Counted from the first letter of the stretch, positions 18,976 through 27,783 are shown. The stretch is DNA of 32,000 bases from Okeania sp. (GCF_035285525.1 NZ_JAYKGW010000019.1:4890-36889); one strand, 5' to 3'. Translations and numbers: made by a program. The notes: generated from the sequence alone by a model not told the origin.

Positions 18976-19376
18976 ATGTCATTAGAAAATATTCAACTCA
19001 TAATTTCCCTATCCGATCCACAATTAAAAGATGAATAACTTCAAACAGATACCCGAACTATTTTGTCATAAATTCAAGGATTTGATGGAGTGAAAAATGC
19101 AGATTTAATGCCAATAGAAACCGTTGAACCTGGAGCTATCAGTGTCGGTGCTTTTTAGTAGGTATTCTCACGGCAGAAGTTAATGTTGAAAATCTCAAAG
19201 GTTTAATTAAATATTTAGGCGATCGCCTCTATGGTAAATCTATTCAAATAAAAATCAAAATTAAAAGTAATGATCGAGAGGTAGAAGTTGAGATCGAAGG
19301 TCGTAATGTTGAAGAGTTGAATGAGAAATATGAGAGAGTTAAAGCAACAATAGAAAAAATTACTAATCAACAATAA
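18976..19376 (+). pseudogene. decayed small gene resembling effector-associated constant component (EACC1-like) partners of caspase/CHAT genes
   Basis: The conceptual product is MSLENIQLIISLSDPQLKDE*LQTDTRTILS*IQGFDGVKNADLMPIETVEPGAISVGAF, then a frameshift in the T5 run near 19152, then LVGILTAEVNVENLKGLIKYLGDRLYGKSIQIKIKIKSNDREVEVEIEGRNVEEL... Two in-frame TAA codons lie at 19036-19038 and 19069-19071. The family call is from memory of the pattern. Confidence 0.55.
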
Positions 19377-19398
19377 AAAAGTTAGTCAAGGAGATTTT

Positions 19399-19923
19399 TT
19401 GATGAAAAAAATAGCTTTATTAATTGGAATTAGTGAATACTTCTCAGACTCTTTTAAAAATTTGCCTAGTACCCTGAAAGATGTTGAGGCAATGAAGGAA
19501 GTTTTAGATAATTCTCAAATGGGAGACTTTGATGAAACGAAGGTGTTACAAAACTCTCACCGCCAAGAGATAGAACTGGCAATTTATGAATTGTTTGCTG
19601 ACCGGAATCAGGATGATGTTTTATTGCTTTATTTTTCTGGTCATGGAGTTTTAAGTAGAGAAAGTAATCTATTGTTAGCTACTCCTATAACTGACAAAAG
19701 TGAACGGGATATTATTAGGCCGACTGCTGTAGCTGCTAGTTTTCTACAAAGTGAAATTAACAATAGTCTTTCCGAGCGTCTAGTTGTTATTCTTGACTGT
19801 TGTTATAGTAGCACATTTACTAAAGGAATGAATGTTAAAGGAGATAAAAAAATAGACATTCCGCCAGAATCTCTAACTATTCCACCCATAGTATCAGTCA
19901 TCAGTAATAGATTTAAAGTTTAA
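19399..19923 (+). CDS. caspase-like (peptidase C14) domain protein, C-terminally truncated
   Basis: The catalytic dyad contexts LLLYFSGHGV (His) and VVILDCCYSS (Cys) are present. The ORF ends about 35 aa after the Cys with an unrelated tail. Its stop overlaps the next ATG as TAATG. Confidence 0.75.
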   Translation: MMKKIALLIGISEYFSDSFKNLPSTLKDVEAMKEVLDNSQMGDFDETKVLQNSHRQEIELAIYELFADRNQDDVLLLYFSGHGVLSRESNLLLATPITDKSERDIIRPTAVAASFLQSEINNSLSERLVVILDCCYSSTFTKGMNVKGDKKIDIPPESLTIPPIVSVISNRFKV

Positions 19924-20250
19924 TGAAACTACCCCAACCTGTAATTATTCCTGATGAAAAACTGACTAAATACTTATTAGTATATCAATAACAAGATGAC
20001 AAATCAAAATTGATTTTACAACCAGGTTTTACTCCTGAAAATTCCGAACAACTAAAAAAACAGTATTCTGCAATTAGTTTTTACTACAGAAGCAATAGTA
20101 GATAGAACTAATAAATACGGTACATTTTACAGAGTAGAAGGTATAATAACTCGGGTTAATAACAGAAATTTAGCAGTTATTACCATCTGGTTACAACGAA
20201 AAGCAGATAATCAAACTCAATTTATTACTCTAATACCACTTAAAAGATAA
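19923..20250 (+). pseudogene. DUF6883-like gene, disrupted
   Basis: The product reads MKLPQPVIIPDEKLTKYLLVYQ*QDDKSKLILQPGFTPENSEQLKK. After a frameshift it continues as FTTEAIVDRTNKYGTFYRVEGIITRVNNRNLAVITIWLQRKADNQTQFITLIPLKR*. Confidence 0.6.
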
Positions 20251-20258
20251 AACTACCA

Positions 20259-20501
20259 ATGCTTGAATTATACCAACGTATTTCTCTAACCAAAGACTTC
20301 CCAGAATATAACCTTAAAAAAGGCGATATTGCCATGTTAATTGATACAGTACCTCACCCAGAAGGAGGAGAAAATGGTTATATATTAGAAGTATTTAATG
20401 CCGTAGGAGAATCTATTAATCTAATTATCGTACCTATCTCTGCTGTTGAACCTTTGAAACAAGATGAAATTTTATCTGTTCGTTCCTTAGTGGAAATATA
20501 G
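20259..20501 (+). CDS. DUF4926 domain protein
   Basis: The 80-aa intact ORF has the typical pattern L..DFPEYNLKKGDIAMLID...GYILEVFNAVGES. It follows the DUF6883-like gene directly, as such pairs usually do. Confidence 0.7.
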   Translation: MLELYQRISLTKDFPEYNLKKGDIAMLIDTVPHPEGGENGYILEVFNAVGESINLIIVPISAVEPLKQDEILSVRSLVEI

Positions 20502-20734
20502 CAACTCTCATAGTTATGAACTAAATTTATAATCCCCCTAAATCTTCCTTTGAAAGGAAGACTTTTTCTTAACTCCAGGGGAGATTTATACCAATGCATG
20601 AGGATGGTGAGGTAAACTTAAGACCTACTGCAGTTCAGCCTTTGTTTGCTGTAACAACCACGGAAGGTTGTGTTACTAAAATTACTAAATAAAATTTTGT
20701 ACCTCACGGGCTTCCGAAATTGCTATAACACTAT

Positions 20735-21046
20735 ATGTTCAAAGATATTATTGCAGTTAACCATCAAGAAAACTATCTACTTTATCTTAAATTTGAAGAT
20801 GGTAAAAACGGAATTGTAGATATTAGTAAGCTAATAGAATTTACCGGAATATTTGCTAAATTACAAGACATAAATTCTTTTAAAACCGTCAAACTCAATC
20901 CAGAATGGGGAACAATTTATTGGGAAAATGGTGCAGATTTAGATCCAGATGTTTTGTATTCTATTATCGCCAATGAACCAATTCCTAAATTGTCTCTAGA
21001 ACAACAAAATATCAAACTATTAAACCTTTTAAAAAAAAATAAATAA
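20735..21046 (+). CDS. DUF2442 domain protein
   Basis: The 103-aa ORF shows the pattern YLLYLKFEDGKNGIVDISKLIEFTGIFAKL...GTIYWENGADLDPDVLY. The usual DUF4160 partner is not present upstream. Confidence 0.75.
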   Translation: MFKDIIAVNHQENYLLYLKFEDGKNGIVDISKLIEFTGIFAKLQDINSFKTVKLNPEWGTIYWENGADLDPDVLYSIIANEPIPKLSLEQQNIKLLNLLKKNK

Positions 21047-21129
21047 GGAGAAATTAATTAATGATTCAAAAATATCTACAAAAAGCTTTTCAGTTATCAG
21101 TTATCAGCAAGAGGTTGAAAGTTTATTAT

Positions 21130-21168
21130 AATGCTGGAATTATACCAACGAATTTACTTAACCAAAAG
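21130..21168 (+). pseudogene. 5' fragment of a second DUF4926 gene
   Basis: The fragment atgctggaattataccaacgaatttacttaaccaaaag matches atgcttgaattataccaacgtatttctctaaccaaagac at 20259 (MLELYQRIYLTKS against MLELYQRISLTKD). Homology stops where the GTAGGTTGGGTT repeat begins. Confidence 0.65.
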
Positions 21169-21169
21169 T

Positions 21170-21698
21170 AGGTTGGGTTAAGCGACAGCGCAACCCAACA
21201 AAAATGTGAATTTATTAACATAAAATATGTGTTGGGTTTCGTGACTCAACCCAACCTACGAAATACTTATTTTTTATTATTAGGAATTATGTCACCCAAC
21301 AAAAATGTAAATTTATTAATATCAAATATGTGTTGGGTTTCGTGACTCAACCCAACCTACGAAATGCTGATTTTTTATTATTAGTAATTATGTAACCCAA
21401 CAAAAATGTAAATTTACTAACATAAAATATGTGTTGGGTTTCCTTCCTTAACCCAACCTACGAAATACTTATTTTTTATTATTAGGAATTATGTCACCCA
21501 ACAAAAATGTGAATTTATTAATATCAAATATGTGTTGGGTTTCGTGACTCAACCCAACCTACGAAATGCTGATTTTTTATTATTAGTAATTATGTCACCC
21601 AACAAAAATGTGAATTTATTAATATCAAATATGTGTTGGGTTTCGTGACTCAACCCAACCTACGAAATGCTGATTTTTTATTATTAGGAATTATGTAA
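21170..21698. repeat. tandem array, 5 x 101 bp, preceded by one complete GTAGGTTGGGTT...AACCCAAC palindrome
   Basis: Unit starts (cccaacaaaaatg) are at 21194, 21295, 21396, 21497 and 21598, an exact 101-nt period. There are two unit subtypes in the order a-b-a-b-b. Confidence 0.95.
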
Positions 21699-21727
21699 CT
21701 CATTTTAGATTAATTAGAGTAAACAGA

Positions 21728-21932
21728 TATTGTCATTGCGAAGTGGTTATCAACAAGTTAAGCTTTAAATAAAAGTATTAAGTGAGCCGAACCAATCTCT
21801 TTCTTGATATATATTATAAATGATAATATAGAGAGAGTTTATTCCAGTAAACTTTAGTTAGCAAGATTGCTTCAGAGGCATACTTGAGAGAACATTCAAA
21901 CAACTTTTTCTACCTCCCCTCGCAATGACAAA
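21728..21932. repeat. two CATTGCGAG...GAAGCAATC-type elements in inverted orientation
   Basis: gtcattgcgaagtgg...gccgaaccaatctc lies at about 21728-21800. Its inverted counterpart ...gattgcttcagagg...cctcgcaatgac lies at about 21850-21932. Confidence 0.6.
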
Positions 21933-22027
21933 TGGGTAAATTTTATGCAGGGATATTGAACTTTTAAAAGAGCAATCTTCCCCCCCTTCCCTTGCAGGGA
22001 AGGGGGCTGGGGGGTTAGGTTTTTTAC

Positions 22028-23029
22028 CTAATAAACCTTCCCATCCGGCATAGTTGCACCAGTCAGAATGGCATCCTGTAAATCAACCCCTACCATCTTC
22101 GCATCTCGCAAACTAGCACCCCGCAAATCCGCCCCCCGCAAATTAACACCATCTAAATTTGCACCCCATAAATACGCTCCTTGCAAATTAGCACCACTCA
22201 AATCTGCTCCAGTGAGATTGGCTAAATTCATATTTGCTCCACTTAAATCAGCATTCCGCAAATCCGTTTCACTTAAGTTAGTCTTCATTAAGTTAGCTTC
22301 GTGAAATTGACTACCGATGAGATTACCATGATGCAAATCTGCTTTTTTCAGGTTTGCTTCACCTAATTTTGTCCGACGTAAAAAAGCAAAACTGAGATCA
22401 CTTCCACTTAAGTTAGCACCTTGCAAACTAGCACCGCTCAACTTAACTTCACTAAGATTCATATTACTGAAATCAATTCTCTCTAACTGCAAACCATTCA
22501 AATAAGCACCACTAAGTTTGATTCCAGTTAATTGTGCGCCCTGAAGATTAGCTCCACTTAACCTTGCTCCACTAAGGTTAGCCCAATTTAAGTTTGCTCC
22601 TTCTAAGTTAGCGCAACGGAAGTTAATGCCATTGAGATTCGAACCACACAAATTAACTTTTGGTAAATTAGCTCGAAATAGACTTACTGAAGTAAGTATG
22701 GCACCACTGAGTTTAGCTCCACTTAAATCTGCTTTTGGAAGTTGAGCACCTTGAAGATTAGCTTTAGTCAAATCTGCTTCTATGAGTTGACTTTCCTTGA
22801 GCTTGACAAAAGTTAAATCTGTACCATATAAAAAAGCTCCGTTTAAGTTAGCGCTGACAAGAAAACAACGCTTCAGGTGCGCTCTCGCTAAGGAAGCATC
22901 CATCAGATTAGCACCAGATAAATTAGCAGAAATAAGTTTAGCGCCAATTAAATTAGCAGATTTGAGATTATAACCCCGAAAATCTCTTTCTCCTTTGAGA
23001 TATAGTTTTAATAATTCATTCTCTTTCAT
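22028..23029 (-). CDS. pentapeptide repeat protein
   Basis: The 333-aa ORF is almost entirely A(D/N)LxX pentapeptides (ANLSGANLQGA...). Confidence 0.92.
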   Translation of the reverse strand: MKENELLKLYLKGERDFRGYNLKSANLIGAKLISANLSGANLMDASLARAHLKRCFLVSANLNGAFLYGTDLTFVKLKESQLIEADLTKANLQGAQLPKADLSGAKLSGAILTSVSLFRANLPKVNLCGSNLNGINFRCANLEGANLNWANLSGARLSGANLQGAQLTGIKLSGAYLNGLQLERIDFSNMNLSEVKLSGASLQGANLSGSDLSFAFLRRTKLGEANLKKADLHHGNLIGSQFHEANLMKTNLSETDLRNADLSGANMNLANLTGADLSGANLQGAYLWGANLDGVNLRGADLRGASLRDAKMVGVDLQDAILTGATMPDGKVY

Positions 23030-23269
23030 ATTGTTCGCATCCTTATTAGTTGAAGTGATTTGTGACTATTAACATCCTCCCGACCCTGCTCTACCTGAGA
23101 AACTGACAATGGAAATTAGCTTCGGTTAAATAAATTGACTCTCCTGAAATTAGCTAAATTAAAATTTACCTCTATAAATTATTAAAACTCAAAATATCAA
23201 AAAAACACCGCACTAATACTTTTCTTAGCTTAACCACAGCTTTGTTAATATTTTCTGTTAACAAAAATT

Positions 23270-23319
23270 AGGACTTACGCAAATAAAACTGTTTTTTTCA
23301 GTTCACCTGCGTAAGTCCT
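23270..23319 (-). terminator. 12-bp-stem hairpin AGGACTTACGCA...TGCGTAAGTCCT, candidate ispF terminator (also a MITE-family member)
   Basis: The inverted repeat is read directly. On the minus strand the second arm is followed by AATTTTTGTT. It lies 67 nt downstream of the ispF stop. Confidence 0.4.
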
Positions 23320-23385
23320 GATATCAAAAAATTTGTACTTCATAATACTTAGAATCCGCTGTCAAATATCAACAGCTAAAAGTTA

Positions 23386-23871
23386 CTAACCTTCATATTT
23401 CTGTAGCAAAACCACTGCATAAGCAGCAATACCTTCTTCTCTACCGACAGGACCTAATTTTTCATTTGTAGTAGCTTTAATACTAACTTGATTTTCCTCT
23501 AGTTCTAAAGTAGTAGCAAGGCGCGATCGCATCTTCTCTATATGTGGTTTGAGTTTAGGACGTTCTGCCACTACTACTGAGTCAATATTACTAATTTTCC
23601 AGCAAGCAGCATGAACTAAATGATTGACACGGTTCAACAAATCTATACTATCAGCTCCAGCCCATTTGGGATCGCTCGGAGGAAAATAATGGCCAATATC
23701 ACCCAAACTGAGAGCGCCTAACATGGCATCCATAATAGCATGGGTCAAAACATCTGCATCGCTATGGCCAATCAGTCCCATTTCATGGTCAATTTTGATT
23801 CCTCCCAGAATCAATGGTCTTTCTAGCCCCAATTTGTGAATATCGTAGCCATTACCTATGCGAAGGTTCAT
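23386..23871 (-). CDS. ispF: 2-C-methyl-D-erythritol 2,4-cyclodiphosphate synthase
   Basis: The 161-aa ORF has [25 protein letters not shown] and [11 protein letters not shown]. Confidence 0.92.
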   Translation of the reverse strand: MNLRIGNGYDIHKLGLERPLILGGIKIDHEMGLIGHSDADVLTHAIMDAMLGALSLGDIGHYFPPSDPKWAGADSIDLLNRVNHLVHAACWKISNIDSVVVAERPKLKPHIEKMRSRLATTLELEENQVSIKATTNEKLGPVGREEGIAAYAVVLLQKYEG

Positions 23872-23982
23872 ATTCTTAATTATTATTTAATAGAAAATAA
23901 TTGTTTAACTATTGTATAGTATATCCTGCTATGTAAAAGCAGCGTTTTTGGGAATTAATTTTATTAGTATTAGAGGTAAGTT

Positions 23983-24303
23983 GTGAACATTTCATTCACT
24001 CAAAAAGTAGCATTCACTGATAACTTTTTTCTAGCAGAAGATGAGGGAGGAATTTTTGTTGTTAATGCTGAAAATAAAGGTGAAGATTTTCTGTTAGATG
24101 ATGTAGCTGCTCAAATGTTGTTTGCTTTAATAGGAGCTGAGTCTATTCAAGAAGCTTATGAGGATATTTTAGAATTTGAACAAGTCGATCCAGAAGTGTT
24201 GAGAAATGATTTGTTAGAATATATTGAAGATTTAGTAAATGATGGAATTGTGAAAATTATTGACCAGAAAGGTAGTTTTTATGATGAAGATACAGATTCT
24301 TGA
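23983..24303 (+). CDS. PqqD-like (RiPP recognition element type) small acidic protein
   Basis: The 106-aa ORF starts at GTG with GAGGT 6 nt upstream. It matches the PqqD fold pattern: GGIFVVNAENKGEDFLLDDVAAQMLFALIGAESIQEAYEDILEFEQVDPEVLRNDLLEYIEDLVNDGIV. Confidence 0.55.
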   Translation: MNISFTQKVAFTDNFFLAEDEGGIFVVNAENKGEDFLLDDVAAQMLFALIGAESIQEAYEDILEFEQVDPEVLRNDLLEYIEDLVNDGIVKIIDQKGSFYDEDTDS

Positions 24304-24575
24304 AGTCATTTCAGTTATTAGTTATCAGTTATCAGTACCAACCGCTGACACATCTGTATTGAAATAATAAAGTTGATTTTTTTTATGCCCTTTTATTCAA
24401 GGGTAGGAAACTTGATTTTTTCGTCAGAAGTTAAATTTAGGAAGAGCGATAATTCCTGAACCAGCTTAGTAATTGCTATATATAAAATCTGGTTATATTA
24501 TATGTTGATAATTCTATCATTACTTTAATATTTAATAGCCCCATCAACCCCAGATTAGTAAACGCATTGATAAAT

Positions 24576-25010
24576 CTAATTCAACTTTTCAGTATTACCT
24601 CCTGACACCCACCCTGTACGATTACTATCATCATCTACCCGAACTTTTTGCCATTTCTTATCAGAACTTTCCTCCAAAACTATAACTTTTTCTTGATAAG
24701 AAACACCTCCTATCCGATTAGCATTTTTACTAGGAGTGTCGCGGAGAATCAAACCAATAGGTTCTACCACAGTTGCTCTATAAGTCCCAGGATCTAATTG
24801 CTTTTTTGATTTTGTATTGTTAGTTGGAGTTGGTTTAGGAGACGTACTAGCTTTTTGGACTATAGGTTTATCATTCTGGAAAATTGGTCTTTCAGGCATT
24901 TTTGTTAGTTTAGCTGCAAAATAGAGAACTGCTGCTGCGCTAGCTCCAGCTAATAAAAGTATTGCTAAAATAAACCCTACTAAAAATTTGAAGAATCCAT
25001 AAAAATTCAT
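24576..25010 (-). CDS. membrane-anchored bacterial SH3 domain protein
   Basis: It has an N-terminal TM helix, a low-complexity linker and a C-terminal SH3b-like segment (LILRDTPSKNANRIGGVSYQEKVIVLEESSDKKWQKVRV...GWV). Confidence 0.6.
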   Translation of the reverse strand: MNFYGFFKFLVGFILAILLLAGASAAAVLYFAAKLTKMPERPIFQNDKPIVQKASTSPKPTPTNNTKSKKQLDPGTYRATVVEPIGLILRDTPSKNANRIGGVSYQEKVIVLEESSDKKWQKVRVDDDSNRTGWVSGGNTEKLN

Positions 25011-25338
25011 AACTTTTCAGTTTTTTTCAAAAGTTAAAATAAAAATAATTTGGCATCTAAAATATAGTACAACTATTTGTGGAGGTAGGGAGTAGGGAGT
25101 CGTAGGGACGTTGCATAACAAAAATGCGAACGTCCGTATTAGGGGAGTTACAGAGGAAATAGTTGAAAAAATAGTTTCTTAATTTTTCTGTCCTAGTCAA
25201 CCTAAAATGGTAAGATGTCTGAACCTAAGCAAGCTAAAAAGTTGCACTTTTACGCTTCCCGATAAATCATACCCTAAAAAGACTGAAATCTTTATCTATA
25301 AATATTTTTAGATTTAATCATCCAGCCTTACTTACTTG

Positions 25339-26838
25339 CTATAACTTATTTTTAAAATTATCATATCTGGAAGCAAGACGTGCTTTACCTAATGCTGCCC
25401 AGTCTTGTAAAAACTTAATTTGTGCTTCTGCAGTTCTCGCTAAAGGAATAATTTGACTAGCAGATTCCAAAATATCCTCATTAGTAAACTCACGATTTTG
25501 ACTAAACCCAATGTGCATAGCTTCTATTAAAGATTGTTCTATTTCCGCACCAGAAAAATCAGGAGTTTCATAAGCTAATCTATCTGTATTATAATTCCTA
25601 ATATTATGAGGTCTTAACCTAGATAAATGTACTTCAAAAATAGCCTTTCTCTCTTCCTGGTTAGGTAAACCTACAAAAAATATTTCATCAAACCTACCTT
25701 TTCGCAATATCTCCGGTGGTAAAGATTCAATATTATTAGCAGTAGCTACCACAAACACAGGAGATATTTTTTCAGCTAACCAAGTAATAAAAGTACCAAA
25801 AACCCGACTCGTAGTCCCCGCATCCCCTTGACTTTTAAACCCGGCAAAACCTTTATCTATTTCATCAATCCACAAAACACAAGGGGCCAAAGCTTCCGCA
25901 ATAGAAATCATTTGTCGGGTACGAGACTCCGACTCTCCCACCAAACCTCCAAATAAACGGCCTACATCCAAACGTAATAAAGGTAAATGCCAATGATGAG
26001 CGATCGCCTTAGCGGTAAGAGATTTTCCTGTACCCTGGATTCCTACTAAAAGTAAACCTCTGGGATGGGGCAAACCATATTGTCTAGCTCGTGCAGAAAA
26101 TCCTCCTCCCCGTCGCAATAACCAATCTTTCAAATTATCCAAACCTCCAATATCGGAAATATTTTCACGAGCAGGATAAAAATCTAATATTTGAGTCTGC
26201 CGAATAGTTTGTCGTTTTTCCTCTAAAATTAAATCAACATCATTAATCTGTAATTCTCCGTGGGTAGCGATCGCCTTAGCCAAAACTCTTCTAATTCTTT
26301 CAATAGATAATCCTTGAGCTGCCCTAACTACTTCATCTAATAAACGTTTCTCTAAATTTTGACCCATTGCCACTAAAAGACGTTCTACTTCTTGAGCAAT
26401 TTCTTGACTATTTGGTAAAGGAAATTCTATGATGGTAATAACCTCTGTTAAGTCATCTGGCACATATATTTCCGGAGCTAAAATAACAATATTTTTCGGT
26501 TGAGATTTTAACTTTTTTGCCAAATTTCTTAGCTTTCTCGAAATAGAAATATCTTCCAAAAACCTTTGAAAATCACGCAATATAAAAATAGCGGGTGCTG
26601 ATTCCGGCAGCTTTTCTATAAGTTCTAAACCTTGAAGAGGATTTCTTTTGCCAAAACCTTTATCATTAGGATTATTTTGATATCCTTCCACAAAATCCCA
26701 AATATATACTGCTCTATTACCTTGTTTTTTAGCTGATTCAGTAATAGCATTTTCTACTCGTTCTTCTTCCCTTGTCTGGATATAAATTATTGAGTATCGC
26801 GAACGTAATAGTAGTTCAAATTCTGCTTGAAAATTCAT
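25339..26838 (-). CDS. ycf46: AAA+ ATPase, Ycf46-like
   Basis: The 499-aa ORF has Walker A GIQGTGKS, Walker B VLWIDEIDK and a second region of homology ATANNIESLPPEILRKGRFDE. Size and layout match cyanobacterial/plastid Ycf46. Confidence 0.8.
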   Translation of the reverse strand: MNFQAEFELLLRSRYSIIYIQTREEERVENAITESAKKQGNRAVYIWDFVEGYQNNPNDKGFGKRNPLQGLELIEKLPESAPAIFILRDFQRFLEDISISRKLRNLAKKLKSQPKNIVILAPEIYVPDDLTEVITIIEFPLPNSQEIAQEVERLLVAMGQNLEKRLLDEVVRAAQGLSIERIRRVLAKAIATHGELQINDVDLILEEKRQTIRQTQILDFYPARENISDIGGLDNLKDWLLRRGGGFSARARQYGLPHPRGLLLVGIQGTGKSLTAKAIAHHWHLPLLRLDVGRLFGGLVGESESRTRQMISIAEALAPCVLWIDEIDKGFAGFKSQGDAGTTSRVFGTFITWLAEKISPVFVVATANNIESLPPEILRKGRFDEIFFVGLPNQEERKAIFEVHLSRLRPHNIRNYNTDRLAYETPDFSGAEIEQSLIEAMHIGFSQNREFTNEDILESASQIIPLARTAEAQIKFLQDWAALGKARLASRYDNFKNKL

Positions 26839-26991
26839 AATATTTTTTCAGTATAAAAAAAACTTTCTCCCTTCTTACTTTTTTTTCCATCTGATTTTCT
26901 TCATTAGTTTATTAGAAGTTCAGGAAAAAAATTTCCTTTTTTCTACAATACTAACTAATATCATGTGTAGATATAAAAATCCTAAATAGGT

Positions 26992-27087
26992 TGTAAGATT
27001 TTATAAATGCGGGGTGTTGGTCTCCAAACCAAAAAAAACCCAGATTTGGAGACCAAACCCCTACAGTTTTCTCTCACAAATCATTCC
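26992..27087. mobile_element. MITE-like element, same family as 15977-16080 (copy 2)
   Basis: It reads ctaaataggttgtaagatttt...ggtctccaaacc...ggagaccaaacccctacagttttctctcacaaatcattcc. It is flanked by about 120-bp diverged direct repeats (26855-26977 and 27109-27237). Confidence 0.7.
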
Positions 27088-27273
27088 TGATTCGTATAAT
27101 TAGTTATTAAGAAAACTTTTTTCCTTCTCACCTTTTTTTTCATCTGCCTTCCTTTTTATTTTGTTAGGAGTTCAGAAAATATTTTTTTGTTCTTTCTACA
27201 ATACTACAAAATATTATGTCCGTATAATTATTGATAAAAAAACTTTTTCCTTTCTTGCTTTTTCCTAAAAATC

Positions 27274-27783
27274 TTAACTATTATTCAATTGCTTTTTTAT
27301 TGCCTCTAAAGCAGACCATCGACTATCTAAAACAGATGATGAAGTATCCATCTCAGATAATTTTATACCTTGGCAATTTTTATCACATAACTTTCTGGGA
27401 GGAACTGCTAAACAAACTTGTTCATATATCCATTCTCTAGGATTAAAATCTCCATTCGGGTGTAAAGATTCCATTAAATCTTCCACAGAATTTTCCACCT
27501 CTATATGAAATAAATCTTTTTCGGTTGTAACTTCATCTAACCAAATTAATTCCTTTGGACGAATCACCAATTTATAGTTATACTGTTTCAAACATCTATC
27601 ACAAGTGAGGGTAATAATTGTTTCTGATTTAGCTTTAACTTCCAAATAATTTCCGTGGTGAGTTACCTGTAAATAACCCCTTACTGGAGTTAGTGTTTCC
27701 AAGTCTGATATAAACTCTTCAAACTTAATTAATTCTATCTGATCGTTTTTTTTCAACAGACTAGGAATAGATATTAATTCCAT
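27274..27783 (-). CDS. yceD: YceD family (DUF177) protein
   Basis: The 169-aa ORF has CDRCL...C...C cysteine pairs (LTCDRCLKQY and CDKNCQG) typical of DUF177. Confidence 0.8.
   Translation of the reverse strand: MELISIPSLLKKNDQIELIKFEEFISDLETLTPVRGYLQVTHHGNYLEVKAKSETIITLTCDRCLKQYNYKLVIRPKELIWLDEVTTEKDLFHIEVENSVEDLMESLHPNGDFNPREWIYEQVCLAVPPRKLCDKNCQGIKLSEMDTSSSVLDSRWSALEAIKKQLNNS

Noticed and set aside
20595-20693. 32-codon ORF (MHEDGEVNLRPTAVQPLF...) as the missing DUF4160 partner of DUF2442
   Set aside because: It has no resemblance to the DUF4160 pattern (histidine-rich MFYGIIIxMY...HxPHxH start) and is too short. It is probably non-coding.
21170-21698. CRISPR array
   Set aside because: The 101-nt period is one continuous, near-identical unit. 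There are no unique spacers between short repeats, and no cas genes or leader-like asymmetry are present in the window.
21170-21698. The array being NsiR1 itself
   Set aside because: No TCCGGA (DIF) motif occurs in any unit, and no full-length hetF-like gene is adjacent. The nearby caspase ORF is a 174-aa truncated relic 1.2 kb away with other genes in between. Only the tandem architecture is analogous.
22068-22304. 78-aa ORF on the plus strand
   Set aside because: It is antisense to the pentapeptide-repeat gene. Its periodic KLAP/KSAP content is simply the mirror of the A(D/N)LxX repeat coding.
22615-22650. tRNA-like T-loop (GGTTCGAATCT on the minus strand)
   Set aside because: It lies inside the pentapeptide CDS and no acceptor or anticodon stems can be drawn around it.
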